The translations under genes and the position numbers were made by a program. Shown here piece after piece: positions 18,960 through 29,215 of a stretch of 64,000 nt of DNA. The notes below the pieces were generated by a model that was not told the DNA's origin, did not search any database, and saw only the letters and a list, made by a program, of their open reading frames with translations. The DNA comes from an uncultured Rhabdochlamydiaceae bacterium (GTDB taxonomy: Bacteria > Chlamydiota > Chlamydiia > Chlamydiales > Rhabdochlamydiaceae), in assembly GCA_963712275.1 (NCBI GenBank), contig CAVQHD010000001.1:1216001-1280000 (forward strand), read 5' to 3'. Positions within the stretch are counted from its first letter, which is position 1. Each line of letters opens with the position of its first letter.

Positions 18960-20017
18960 AAATGCTCCTGGACTCCTGGTCCATGCATGCTGAAAAACTG
19001 CAAAACTTGAGAGAAATGGGAGCTAGGTGCCGAGTGGTAGATTTCGTTTACAAGAGAGAGGCCTGTTTGAGATTTTGAGAAAACGTAGCGCGAGGGGATA
19101 TCACATTTTTCTTCGTCGCAAAAAAGGGTTCGGATTTGATAAGGGTGATCAGGGTCGCTGTGGAAAGAAAAATGGGTTTGATCTTTGGATGAGATCTCCA
19201 TGGAGAGAACGGTCCCAGGAGGAAGATGCGGGTCTTTTTTAGGGTGAAGAGAAACCTCGCAAGTTTCATAGGTCCAAACAGAGCCCTTTACATGAGAGAG
19301 TTTCCATCCAAGGCGGGCGGCAAGCCATGCTTGAAGATAGAGAGCCTGAATTTGAGTGTGGCAGAAAAAGGGCGTTTGAAAATCGTTGTAGTCGATTTGG
19401 AGGATTTGCGCCTGCTGAAGGGAAGATAGACGAGCGGAAGAATAAAAGGTGGCGGCAAGAAGCTCGCGCCAATTTTCTGTTCGAGCCCAGTTGAGATCAG
19501 CGACTTCTCGTCCTGCTTTTTTCGACTGAGCGAGGACGGTTTGTGCAAAAAGAGGCAGGTTATCGGTGACCTCTGAGTCGTAGATAAAACGGGTCGCCCA
19601 TTTTTGAAGCTCAGAGAGCAAAGGAGCGCTTGCCAAAGGATCTTGAGCCCAGAGGAGATAGATAGGAAGATCGGGGAGAAAATGGGGCAGGATGAGAAAA
19701 GGGATTTTAGAGGTCTGAGAAGGGGGGGACTCAATCTCAATCATATCGCAAGCGATATTGCCCACACCGCTGTTTCCTGTTGTGGCCGAGACTTGGACTT
19801 TAAGCTCTTCTAGGTCATCACAGAGGAGGATAAAGATGACTCGACAAGGGAACCTTTCAGTGACTTTACGGGTGATGGTTCGAAGATAGGCGCACCGATC
19901 GTTTTTTTGAGCGACAACAATTAAATTGAACAGCGAGGCGCGCATGATGCCGCTTCCCTCTAAAGGGTTCCAAAGTTTACGGAGTTCTTCGGAGAGATTT
20001 TTCAAATGAGTCTCCAA
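18956..20017 (-). CDS. opcA: Glucose-6-phosphate dehydrogenase assembly protein OpcA
   Basis: FPCRVI, LPDLPIYLLW and DLNWAR..WR motifs; lies between zwf and pgl. Confidence 0.85.
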   Translation of the reverse strand: METHLKNLSEELRKLWNPLEGSGIMRASLFNLIVVAQKNDRCAYLRTITRKVTERFPCRVIFILLCDDLEELKVQVSATTGNSGVGNIACDMIEIESPPSQTSKIPFLILPHFLPDLPIYLLWAQDPLASAPLLSELQKWATRFIYDSEVTDNLPLFAQTVLAQSKKAGREVADLNWARTENWRELLAATFYSSARLSSLQQAQILQIDYNDFQTPFFCHTQIQALYLQAWLAARLGWKLSHVKGSVWTYETCEVSLHPKKDPHLPPGTVLSMEISSKDQTHFSFHSDPDHPYQIRTLFCDEEKCDIPSRYVFSKSQTGLSLVNEIYHSAPSSHFSQVLQFFSMHGPGVQEHL

Positions 20018-21501
20018 TGCCTTCCATCGGCTTTCACGAGAAGATCGGCTGCATCAGGGCCCCAGCTTCCAGCGGCATAAGTTGGGATCGTGCGGTGCTT
20101 CTTCAAGATTGGGGTGAGAAGTTTCCACGACAGAAGGACTTCATCTTGCCGAGCAAATAGGGTGGAATCTCCTAAAATCGCATCATAGATGAGCCGTTCA
20201 TACGCTTCGGGAGGAGTCGTGCCAAAGTAGGAGCCGTATTTAAAATCCATCTTCACGGGTTGCACGGCGCTGAAGGGGCCTGGAACTTTACAGTTGATTT
20301 TAAGAGAGCTTCCTTCATCGGGTTGAATCCGAATCACGAGAACATTGGGGTCATTTTTACGGTGGATATTTTGGAAAAGAACTCCAGGAGGATCTTTAAA
20401 AGTCACGGCGATTTCAGTGATTCTTTTGGGAAGTCTTTTCCCTGCACGAAGATAAAAAGGGGTGCCTGCCCATCTCCAATTATCAATATGAAGCCGAAGT
20501 GCGGCATAGGTTTCAACAGTCGACTCTGGAGAGACATCCTTTTCTTTGCGATATCCAATCACCTCGTTTCCATCGATCAGGCCGGGGCCGTATTGCCCTA
20601 GAACGGCATCTCCGTTTTCCAAAGGGCGGATCGCTTGGAGCACTTTCACTTTTTCGTCTCGAATGGCATTGGCATCGAGGCTAAATGGAGGTTCCATGGC
20701 GACAAGGGAGACGAGCTGCATCACGTGATTTTGAACGATATCGCGCACAAGTCCTGCTTCTTCGAAAAAACGGCCGCGGCTTCCAATGCCAAGATCTTCT
20801 GCGACGGTGATTTGAATATGATCGATATACCGATTATTCCACAGAGACTCGAAAATAGAATTTGCAAATCGGAAAACGAGAAGATTTTGTACGGTCTCTT
20901 TTCCGAGGTAGTGGTCAATGCGGTAGATTTGATTTTCGGAGAGGCTACTTAGGAGCTCTTGTTGCAATTGCTGTGCGGAAGAAAGGTCGTGGCCAAACGG
21001 TTTTTCGATGATGATGCGCGACCAAGGAGATTCATTGTTTTTTTCTGGATAAATCAAGCTCTGTGCTTTGAGTTTTGCACAGATCAGAGGGAAATAACTG
21101 GGAGGAGTGGCTAGATAGAAAATCCGATTCCCTTTCGTTCCGAGCTGGTGATCGAGATCTTGGAGCTGTTTCTCTAGCCGAACATACCCTTCATCTTCAT
21201 GAAACTCCGACATATGGTAGAAGAGATGGTCTTGAAAATGGGACCAAAGAGAGTCGTCAATGGGCTGTACCCGAGAAAATTTTTGCGTCGCCTCTTTCAT
21301 CTCACTCCGAAATTCCAAGTCAGTTTTGGGGCGGCGGGCAAAACCTACGCAGGCAAATTGAGAGGGAAGCTGTCCATCGCGTAGAAGATTGTAAAGAGCT
21401 GGAATCAACTTTCTAGCGGTGAGATCGCCCGTCGCCCCGAAGATCACGATGATGCAAGGCTCTGTGAATCGTCGCTGGTTACCTTCGTAGAGGGGAGTCA
21501 T
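20002..21501 (-). CDS. zwf: Glucose-6-phosphate 1-dehydrogenase
   Basis: GATGDL, EKPFG, RIDHYLGKE. Confidence 0.97.
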   Translation of the reverse strand: MTPLYEGNQRRFTEPCIIVIFGATGDLTARKLIPALYNLLRDGQLPSQFACVGFARRPKTDLEFRSEMKEATQKFSRVQPIDDSLWSHFQDHLFYHMSEFHEDEGYVRLEKQLQDLDHQLGTKGNRIFYLATPPSYFPLICAKLKAQSLIYPEKNNESPWSRIIIEKPFGHDLSSAQQLQQELLSSLSENQIYRIDHYLGKETVQNLLVFRFANSIFESLWNNRYIDHIQITVAEDLGIGSRGRFFEEAGLVRDIVQNHVMQLVSLVAMEPPFSLDANAIRDEKVKVLQAIRPLENGDAVLGQYGPGLIDGNEVIGYRKEKDVSPESTVETYAALRLHIDNWRWAGTPFYLRAGKRLPKRITEIAVTFKDPPGVLFQNIHRKNDPNVLVIRIQPDEGSSLKINCKVPGPFSAVQPVKMDFKYGSYFGTTPPEAYERLIYDAILGDSTLFARQDEVLLSWKLLTPILKKHRTIPTYAAGSWGPDAADLLVKADGRHWRLI

Positions 21502-21920
21502 GATAATAGAGTCTCCCTTCGGTCCAGATACGACTGCAGCATCACTGTCGCTGCGAGCGTATCGCTGAGCTGCGCCCTTTCTTTGCGACGGACACCAGTC
21601 TCTAGAAGCGATTTTTCCACAAGGGCAGATGTCAGCCGTTCATCCCATAGTTCAATCGGAAGGTTGAGCTTTTCTTCGAGGGCTTTGGCAAATCGGCGGA
21701 CCTCTTCTGTCATAGGGCTATCTTGCCCGCTGAGCTTTAAGGGGAGGCCGACCACAATTTGATCGATTACTCCGAGAGGTTTTAAGATCTCTTCAAGCTG
21801 CTTGAGAAAATCACTTTTATTTTGAATCGTGGCAAGAGGTGTGGCAACGATCTGCCTTTCATCAGAGGTAGCGACTCCAATCCGTACTGTGCCGTAATCG
21901 AGACCAATTATTCTACCCAT
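21498..21920 (-). CDS. ruvX: YqgF/RuvX pre-16S rRNA nuclease
   Basis: Start at ATG 21920 (MGRIIGLDYGTVRIGVA); VVGLP, WDERLTS. Confidence 0.93.
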   Translation of the reverse strand: MGRIIGLDYGTVRIGVATSDERQIVATPLATIQNKSDFLKQLEEILKPLGVIDQIVVGLPLKLSGQDSPMTEEVRRFAKALEEKLNLPIELWDERLTSALVEKSLLETGVRRKERAQLSDTLAATVMLQSYLDRRETLLS

Positions 21921-23532
21921 GAGATCTATGATAGTTAAGGGCGGCCTCAATAAAGTCTCTGAATAAAGGATGGGGAAGGCCAGGTTTTGACTTAAACTCC
22001 GGGTGAAATTGGACGCCGACCATCCAGGGATGATCCTGCACTTCGACGATCTCACAGAGCCCCTGCTCTGGAAAGACCCCTGAGACGATGAGTCCTTTGT
22101 CTTGAAGGGCTTGTTTGAAGGTGTCATTCACTTCAAATCGGTGACGGTGCCTTTCGGAAATTTCAGTTGTCGCATAAGCTTGAGCTGCCTTCGTTCCAGG
22201 TTTAAGCGTGCAAGGGTAAGCGCCAAGCCGCATCGATCCACCGAGATTTTTAACCTCTTTTTGCTCGCTTAGAAGACAAATGACCGGATGAGGAGTCTGA
22301 GGATCAATTTCTGTCGAATTTGCATCGGGAAGGTGGAGCACATGGCGGGCGAATTCAACACACATCACCTGCATCCCTAAGCAAAGGCCGAGGTAAGGGA
22401 TTTGATGCTCGCGGCAATATTGGGAAGTTAAAATTTTTCCTATCCAACCACGTTCGCCGAACCCTCCAGGAACAAGGTATCCATCGCATCCGCCAATGGT
22501 TTCTGCAACCTTGCCATCTTGCACAATTTTATCCGAATCGAAGGTGCGGATCTCAAGCGTCACTTGGTGCTGCGTTGCCCCATGTTTAAGGGCTTCAAAG
22601 ACCGATTTGTAGGCATCTTGGTGCTGCAAGTATTTTCCGACGATCCCAATGACAATTTTTTGTTTTGGGTTTTTGAGCTTATGGATCATCGCTTGCCATG
22701 CTTGTAGGTCGGCAGAGCGAGAAGGGAGTCTTAGAAATTCAAGGATCTTCGAGTCGACCTGCTCTTGATGAAGGCTTAGAGGGACTTCATAGATCGAAAA
22801 CTCGACATCGATCTCATCCATGACAAGGTCTCGCCTGACGCTACAAAATAGGCTGATTTTATCTTTGATCTCATCGGAGAGATGGTTTTCACATCGGCAC
22901 AGCAGCATGTCAGGAATGATCCCAATCTCTCTTAAAATTTGGACAGAATGTTGGGTCGGCTTGGTTTTAACCTCTCCTGCGGCCTTGAGGAAGGGGACAT
23001 AGGTGAGATGAATGTTCATGCAATCGGAGGGTCTCTCGTGACGAAATTGCCGAATCGCATCTAGGAAGGGAAGCGATTCAATATCTCCGACGGTCCCCCC
23101 AATTTCAACGATTGTGACATCAGTGTTTTCTTGCTGATGAGCAGCATCCAAAATCCGTTTTTTAATCTCATCGGTGATATGTGGAATCACCTGGACGGTT
23201 TTTCCAAGATAATCGCCTCGTCTTTCCCGCTTGATCACAGCGTCAAAGATTTGCCCTGAAGTGGCATTAGAAGCCTTCGAGATCGTTGCATTTGTGAACC
23301 GGTGATAATGGCCGAGGTCCAGGTCAGTCTCGGCACCATCGTCGGTGACATAGACCTCTCCATGCTGAAAAGGGTTCATGGTGCCAGGATCGACGTTGAG
23401 ATAGGGGTCGAGTTTCAGCATGGCGACCTTCAGGCGGCGGGCTTCAAGCAGCATGGCAATCGAGGCAGCAGTGAGCCCCTTCCCCAGAGAAGAAACCACC
23501 CCGCCCGTGATAAAAATAAATTTTAGCGGCAT
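21913..23532 (-). CDS. pyrG: CTP synthase
   Basis: KFIFITGGVVSSLGKG, KTKPTQHSV, GLCLGMQ, QFHPEF; likely start ATG 23532. Confidence 0.97.
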   Translation of the reverse strand: MPLKFIFITGGVVSSLGKGLTAASIAMLLEARRLKVAMLKLDPYLNVDPGTMNPFQHGEVYVTDDGAETDLDLGHYHRFTNATISKASNATSGQIFDAVIKRERRGDYLGKTVQVIPHITDEIKKRILDAAHQQENTDVTIVEIGGTVGDIESLPFLDAIRQFRHERPSDCMNIHLTYVPFLKAAGEVKTKPTQHSVQILREIGIIPDMLLCRCENHLSDEIKDKISLFCSVRRDLVMDEIDVEFSIYEVPLSLHQEQVDSKILEFLRLPSRSADLQAWQAMIHKLKNPKQKIVIGIVGKYLQHQDAYKSVFEALKHGATQHQVTLEIRTFDSDKIVQDGKVAETIGGCDGYLVPGGFGERGWIGKILTSQYCREHQIPYLGLCLGMQVMCVEFARHVLHLPDANSTEIDPQTPHPVICLLSEQKEVKNLGGSMRLGAYPCTLKPGTKAAQAYATTEISERHRHRFEVNDTFKQALQDKGLIVSGVFPEQGLCEIVEVQDHPWMVGVQFHPEFKSKPGLPHPLFRDFIEAALNYHRSHG

Positions 23533-23835
23533 GACACAATTGTAGTGCCAAAGCGTAAAAGTTTCAATCAATGTCTTTTCGTCTTTTCAAGTGGAAAGAG
23601 TTAACAGGATTTGAATAGAAGAGTTTGCCTTAATCCATTCGACTAATCTGCCACTGAGCCTAGCTGAACAAGACTCATTTCTCATTTTTTCTATTTGAGG
23701 ATCAGCGTGATACCATTTGGAGACAATCAAAGGATTATAATTGCTAGTTAATGTTGTCATTATTATTACATATCTATTATTAACTTAATATAAATTATAA
23801 TAATTTAAAACATTTTAGTATATAGTTTCTTTTTA

Positions 23836-23903
23836 TGAAAAGACGATCGTTGCTCTGCTGGATCGCGCAGATTCCCTTCTACAGAAGATCACGGCTCCCT
23901 GAT
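23836..23903 (+). pseudogene. 68-bp relic of the 3' end of the island metallophosphoesterase gene
   Basis: 61/68 identical to 45382-45449. Confidence 0.85.
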
Positions 23904-24238
23904 TTTTTGCGTCCAATCTCATAGACAGGGTAGATATCAATGACCGTTTCTTCATAGGGATGGGCTTTTTTGATTTCTTCCAGTACATGCTCCAGGATGG
24001 CGCGGTTGCAGACTGTTTCAATGCGCTCTTCTACAACTTCTTCTAGAACATCTTCTTTTCCAAGATAAGGATTAGAACCTTTATTAGGCATAAATCGGCC
24101 GATTCCTTTCACCGAATAGCTGCAATAGGAGTAATTTCCAACTTTACCAGCCCCTGCTCTTCCCATGGCTTCTCTTACTGCATTGGCATGTGTTTCTGGG
24201 ACAGTGACGACAATTGTCACATACTCTGATGGTTTCAT
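23879..24238 (-). CDS. YqfO/NIF3 PII-like domain protein
   Basis: AGAGKVGNYSYCSY.V.G.GRF.P, AHPYEE. Confidence 0.88.
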   Translation of the reverse strand: MKPSEYVTIVVTVPETHANAVREAMGRAGAGKVGNYSYCSYSVKGIGRFMPNKGSNPYLGKEDVLEEVVEERIETVCNRAILEHVLEEIKKAHPYEETVIDIYPVYEIGRKKSGSRDLL

Positions 24239-24393
24239 TTTGCAATGGTAGCACAGGAACCCGGTCCTTTAGGACTGGGAAGAAGTGCAGCTCCTCTTTT
24301 TTAAAGTTGAAAATAAAATACACTTTAAAGATCATTTTTGTCCATGAAGCGAACGATCGTTTCTGAGTTTCTGAACTTAAAAGGAGATTTCGA

Positions 24394-24777
24394 ATGCATT
24401 ACGATGTAGCCAATGAATGTACCATTCTTTCTGACGAAGAAAAAATCACTTTTCCTGAGGTTATTCATCGCTTGATGAAAGCAGGTATTGAGCTGTACTA
24501 TGCTGATCTTTTACATTCAAGTAAGACATATTATGCTGGAAATACAGCACACGCAGTTGCTTGTTTAAAAAAGCATGGAAAAGTTGCTGATTCCTTTAAT
24601 TCAGAAGGTGTTGTTAGAGCCATTAAACAGATTCAATCTGGAGAAATTAAATATCAGGAATTCATTAGAAAAATTATGGATTCTGGTGTTGTCTGCTACA
24701 TGGTTTTCGTTAAGGGTCGTAAAGCGATCTACTTTGGAAGAAATGGGGAGCAACATATCGAAGAATTCCCCAAATAA
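24394..24777 (+). CDS. DUF1398-family protein
   Basis: ITFPEVI, Q.GEI.YQEF...GV..Y.V...YFGR.G..H.E.FP. Confidence 0.8.
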   Translation: MHYDVANECTILSDEEKITFPEVIHRLMKAGIELYYADLLHSSKTYYAGNTAHAVACLKKHGKVADSFNSEGVVRAIKQIQSGEIKYQEFIRKIMDSGVVCYMVFVKGRKAIYFGRNGEQHIEEFPK

Positions 24778-24918
24778 TTTTTTTTATCATCTTAATTATA
24801 AGTTAGATAAAAGATATTCTCCGGGCTGTCTTTAGTTTTTCTTAACTGTTCACTGGTTTTAATGGAGAAAATCTTTTAGAATAAAGGTTCTGCCTCTAAA
24901 CTTAATGGAGAAAAACTC

Positions 24919-25146
24919 ATGGCTTTAAGTGAAAAGGCTCTTGACTACTTGGAAGAGCACATTCCAGAGCTTGCTGAAGTGGCATTTAAACAAGCGTACT
25001 GGGCGGCTCTGGCGTCCGGCAGTAGTGTCTTAATGAGCGAGAATGACAATCTTGTTGAAGTATTTCCAGATGGAAAACGGAAAATTATTAAGCGCCTTCC
25101 TCCATCCACACCTGTGACTCCAGGGCAAAAACTGGAACTTCAATGA
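24919..25146 (+). CDS. Small hypothetical protein, possible antitoxin partner of the downstream ATPase
   Basis: 75 aa, GGAG ribosome-binding site, ATGA overlap with the next gene. Confidence 0.65.
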   Translation: MALSEKALDYLEEHIPELAEVAFKQAYWAALASGSSVLMSENDNLVEVFPDGKRKIIKRLPPSTPVTPGQKLELQ

Positions 25147-26060
25147 ATAAAGATGTTCTTCGGCTGCGTATGTTTGCTGGGCCGAATGGGTCAGGCAAGA
25201 GTACGTTCAAGACAATGATTCGCCGGGAGCTTCTTGGTGTTTATGTCAATCCTGATGAAATTGAAAAAGAGATTGAGAGGGGATTTCTTGATTTGGAGGC
25301 TTACCAAGTGACAGCAGCAGAGCAAGAGATTCTAAAATTTTTTCAGGAATCACCTTTATTAGAAAGAGCAGGTTGTCTTGATGAGACACAATTTTTGCGT
25401 TTTAATGATAATAAATTGAGTTTTCACGATGTGGGGAGCAATGCTTATTTTGCCTCCGTTGCCGCTGATTTTATTCGTCAAAAGCTCATTGAACACTCCA
25501 AATCGTTCACTTTTGAAACTGTCATGTCTTTCCCCGATAAGATAGAGCTGCTTCGAAAAGCGCAATTTAGAGGATATCGTACTTATCTTTACTATGTAGC
25601 TACAAAAGACCCGTCTATCAATATTTCGCGCGTGCGCTACCGTGTAAGCAGGGGAGGACACTCAGAAGCTGTCTTAAAGCTCAGGTTTCGTCGCTTTTTG
25701 GAGGATTTTTGGCCAATTTTCGCTTTATTTGGTGGGGGTAATATACGAAAGTTGATATAACCCCCCACCAAATAAAGCGAAAATTGGCTCAAAAAGCCCC
25801 AAAAAGCGACAGAAACTGAGTTTTAAGACAGCTTCTCAGTACCAGAAGATAAAATAACAACACGGTATCACCGCTCTTTAGACCTATTGACTGATGCTGT
25901 TCAAGCCACTCATCGTGCTTATATCTTTGACAATTCTACACATGAGCATGTTTGGCTTGCGGAAATTACCAACGGTCACATTCTAGAAATGAAAACGGAT
26001 AACATGCCTGCGTGGTTTAAGAAAGCGTTGTGGGATAAATTTAATGCCGGCAAGGTATAG
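25143..26060 (+). pseudogene. Zeta-toxin-like P-loop kinase/ATPase disrupted by a 174-bp insertion
   Basis: AGPNGSGKST, NPDEI, FETV; removing the insertion restores RGGHSVPEDKITTRYHRSLDLL...YIFDNS to TAG 26058-26060. Confidence 0.9.
25665..25835. mobile_element. 171-bp palindromic MITE-like element (family 1) with TCA target duplication
   Basis: Termini GAAGCTGTCTTAAA...TTTAAGACAGCTTC; near-perfect hairpin along its length; TCA at 25662-25664 and 25836-25838. Confidence 0.92.
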
Positions 26061-26100
26061 GCGTTAGAAGATGCAAGTTTATCCTAATGCAAGCAATTTA

Positions 26101-26760
26101 CTAGACAAGACGGGGAGCGAGCCTTCTTGATAAATCGATTAACTTTCGATCTAACCAGGAGAAGGGAGGAATAGAGTTGGCAAAGAGAGCCCCGATTCCG
26201 CATATAGCGGCGTACTTCATCGATGTGAGCCCCTCAGCCCAATCTTTAGCCATCGGAACTGCCCAAGCATTAATTTGAGTAAAATCGTATTTGTCTGTGA
26301 TGGCTTTGAACACTTCTGTCAGCCTGCGCTTTGTTTCCGGTGGGACCTTTTCCCCCCAAAGGTGCGCCCAAAAGCTATAGAACTTAAATCCTTCTGCCCG
26401 AACCTGCTCTACTGCCGCTTGCTCCATTTTGCGGAGTTCTGCTGAGATTTTTCCATGAGGAATATAAGCTGTGATAATTAGAAAAAGTCCATCGATACAG
26501 AGAGAGGTCCCTAGGGCATCTAAGGTGGCGAGCGGATGAATACAAAAAGTGAGCCCTCCCAGGGCATATTGAAGTCCAGGTTGTTTGATTAAAAAGCGGG
26601 CTGTATAAAGAGATAGGCAAATAGAAGCCGCCGCTGCCGCTTTCGCCATCCCTAAAATCAGTGCTTCCATGTTTTGCAGTTTCTGCTCGCGATTTGCAGC
26701 ATGGTACAAACCATGAGCACTGCGCCCGATATCGTGGATTGCCCAGCTTAACTTGATCAT
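26101..26760 (-). CDS. Hypothetical membrane protein
   Basis: 219 aa with several hydrophobic segments; no recognised family. Confidence 0.65.
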   Translation of the reverse strand: MIKLSWAIHDIGRSAHGLYHAANREQKLQNMEALILGMAKAAAAASICLSLYTARFLIKQPGLQYALGGLTFCIHPLATLDALGTSLCIDGLFLIITAYIPHGKISAELRKMEQAAVEQVRAEGFKFYSFWAHLWGEKVPPETKRRLTEVFKAITDKYDFTQINAWAVPMAKDWAEGLTSMKYAAICGIGALFANSIPPFSWLDRKLIDLSRRLAPRLV

Positions 26761-26770
26761 AGGTATCTCG

Positions 26771-27919
26771 CTATTCTTGAAGTAGGTTGCTCAATGGTGG
26801 ATCTAAGGTTGCATGGATTTGACAAATAGTCGTGCCTGGCACATCGCGGTTGCGTGGAAAAATCTTTCTGTTCAGATGCAAATATTGATTGTTTATTTGC
26901 GCCCCTTCTGGGTTTTTAAGGAGGGAGATTAAAAAATCGCACTCCTGTTTCCCAAGTAATAAACCTTGGCTCCACAGTCCATTCGTGTCGGTATTGCTCA
27001 TTGAACGCCAATTAACCCCATATCCCAGAACTGCTATTTGTTCGATCTCTTGAACAACAATTTGGTCGTTGATTTTCATTCGGAATCGTAATTTTATCCA
27101 ATGAATTGTTTCTCCTCCGAAAGGTGTCTCTATTATAGATGTTCGTTCGATCGCATGCTGAGCGGCTTTTGTAAAGTCATCGACATACGGAATCGACAAA
27201 AATGTGAAGGGCCCTATTTGTTCAATCAGGTGTCGTGGAAACAATGAACCCAGATGGGTGTGGGAAAGCCAATCATTGTTGCGAGGACGCTCTGCTTTAC
27301 CACAGATTTTTTTGCAAAGGAAAAAATAAAGCATATAGTTATCAAAAGGTGCTGTTTTTTTAAACAACTCTTCAGAAATAGAGAAGTTTAAATATTTAGC
27401 AAAATATTCAGGCTTATACAAATGTTCGCGGTTGTTTTTGCAAATGAAATAAGATCTTTTTGAAGCCATGCTCAAGTGTTGGAAGTCTGTAAAGTGTAAA
27501 AAACGACAGATTTTAACCAACATTTCAGGGGTATCCAATCCCTCAGGTAATGAAGTTGCAGTTTCATCCTCGACAAGCAAAGGTAACTTAATCGTCAGTG
27601 GCAGGTCCTTTGCGCGCATATGTTTTTCTTTAAACTGATCGGGTGTGCAGTAAATAGTGATCGTATTGGGAACGTGGGGGATGATATCCTTTGGGATATC
27701 AATGCCCTTAAAACAATATTTGATAAACAGACGGACTAAATAGCACGCGCCTAAATGAACAGAGGCAATGACGACAGCGCCTCCTATAGCGACCCCCACT
27801 AAAGGTACAAGGGCAAGTAACGATGAGAGGGCAACAAAAACAATCCTTGACATCATACGGGCCAAAGGGTTGGGGGAGTAGGTCCATGGGCTCATAGACG
27901 TTGCAAGACGGGTAATCAT
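26771..27919 (-). CDS. Membrane-anchored protein with an F-box-like motif, candidate effector
   Basis: Long N-terminal hydrophobic stretch; TPEMLVKICRFLHFTDFQHLSMASKR is F-box-like. The track start 27991 lies in a repeat, so ATG 27919 is preferred. Confidence 0.6.
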   Translation of the reverse strand: MITRLATSMSPWTYSPNPLARMMSRIVFVALSSLLALVPLVGVAIGGAVVIASVHLGACYLVRLFIKYCFKGIDIPKDIIPHVPNTITIYCTPDQFKEKHMRAKDLPLTIKLPLLVEDETATSLPEGLDTPEMLVKICRFLHFTDFQHLSMASKRSYFICKNNREHLYKPEYFAKYLNFSISEELFKKTAPFDNYMLYFFLCKKICGKAERPRNNDWLSHTHLGSLFPRHLIEQIGPFTFLSIPYVDDFTKAAQHAIERTSIIETPFGGETIHWIKLRFRMKINDQIVVQEIEQIAVLGYGVNWRSMSNTDTNGLWSQGLLLGKQECDFLISLLKNPEGAQINNQYLHLNRKIFPRNRDVPGTTICQIHATLDPPLSNLLQE

Positions 27920-27957
27920 GGCTAAAATAATAGCATAACTGAGATGATTATATCTAG

Positions 27958-28015
27958 AGAGGAAGCTCGCAAAACCCCGATTTGAGGCCAAATCCGCGCT
28001 TTGTGAGCTCCCTCT
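27958..28015. repeat. Short palindromic element (family 2)
   Basis: AGAGGAAGCTCGCAAAAC...GCTTTGTGAGCTCCCTCT with CTAGAG at both junctions; homologous to 33009-33124. Confidence 0.8.
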
Positions 28016-28027
28016 AGAGGTCGAAAT

Positions 28028-29215
28028 ATGTCAAAAAAAGATTATCTTAAATATTTGAAAAAAGAAACCGAAGGATTGCGGAGTCAAGGGCTCTATAAAG
28101 AAGAGCGGATTCTGAGCTCGCCTCAAAATGCAGAGGTTACGGTTCAAAAAAAACAGCTTCTCAACCTGTGTGCAAATAACTATCTGGGACTTGCCGATGA
28201 TCCCGTCCTGATACGGGCGGCTAGTGAGGGGCTGGAGAAATACGGCTATGGGATGGCCTCTGTCCGGTTTATTTGCGGAACGCAAACGGTACATAAAGAA
28301 CTTGAAGCTCAAATCAGCCAATTTTTAGGGATGGAGGATACGATTCTTTATTCTTCTTGTTTTGACGCAAATGGCGGTCTTTTTGAAGCGCTTCTCTCCG
28401 AACAGGATGCGATTATCAGCGATGCGCTTAACCATGCGAGCATTATCGATGGGGTAAGGCTGTGCAAAGCAAAGCGGTGGAGGTATGCGAACAATAACAT
28501 GCAAGAGCTGGAAAAAGCGTTGCAAGAAGCGCAAGAGTGCCGTTTCAGGATGGTTGCAACCGATGGAGTTTTTTCCATGGATGGGGTTATTGCAAATTTG
28601 CAGGCAATTTGTGACTTGGCAGATAAGTACGATGCGCTTGTCATGGTTGATGACTCTCATGCAACCGGCTTTATGGGGCAAAAAGGAAGAGGAACCCATG
28701 AAGAATGTGGGGTGATGGGTCGAGTCGATATTTTGACGGGAACTCTAGGAAAGGCTTTGGGCGGCGCGTCAGGCGGCTATACAAGCGGTCCCAAAGAGAT
28801 CGTCGACTGGCTCCGACAGCGCTCAAGGCCGTATCTGTTCTCCAATTCACTTGCCCCCGTCATTGCGTCGACCTCCCTCCAAGTCTTCAAGCTATTAGAA
28901 TCGAGTGATTCACTGAGAGAGAAGCTCAAGGAAAATAGTCGATATTTTAGGAAAGAGATGGGATCGCTCGGGTTTAAGCTTGCCGGAAGCTGCCATCCGA
29001 TCATTCCTGTGATGCTAGGAGATGCCATGCTTGCTAAAGAAATGTCAGAGCGTTTATTAGAAGAGAGGATCTATGTGATTGGATTTTCATATCCTGTGGT
29101 CCCCAAAGATGAGGCCCGCATTCGAACCCAGATGTCGGCAGCGCATGAGAAAAAACATCTTGATCATGCAATCGAGGCTTTTGCAAAGGTGGGCCGGCAA
29201 TTAGGAGTGATTTAG
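28028..29215 (+). CDS. kbl: Glycine C-acetyltransferase (2-amino-3-ketobutyrate CoA ligase)
   Basis: [44 protein letters not shown]. Confidence 0.96.
   Translation: MSKKDYLKYLKKETEGLRSQGLYKEERILSSPQNAEVTVQKKQLLNLCANNYLGLADDPVLIRAASEGLEKYGYGMASVRFICGTQTVHKELEAQISQFLGMEDTILYSSCFDANGGLFEALLSEQDAIISDALNHASIIDGVRLCKAKRWRYANNNMQELEKALQEAQECRFRMVATDGVFSMDGVIANLQAICDLADKYDALVMVDDSHATGFMGQKGRGTHEECGVMGRVDILTGTLGKALGGASGGYTSGPKEIVDWLRQRSRPYLFSNSLAPVIASTSLQVFKLLESSDSLREKLKENSRYFRKEMGSLGFKLAGSCHPIIPVMLGDAMLAKEMSERLLEERIYVIGFSYPVVPKDEARIRTQMSAAHEKKHLDHAIEAFAKVGRQLGVI

Noticed and set aside
21921..22127. N-terminal extension of ruvX
   Set aside because: It overlaps pyrG, and the family motif starts at 21920.
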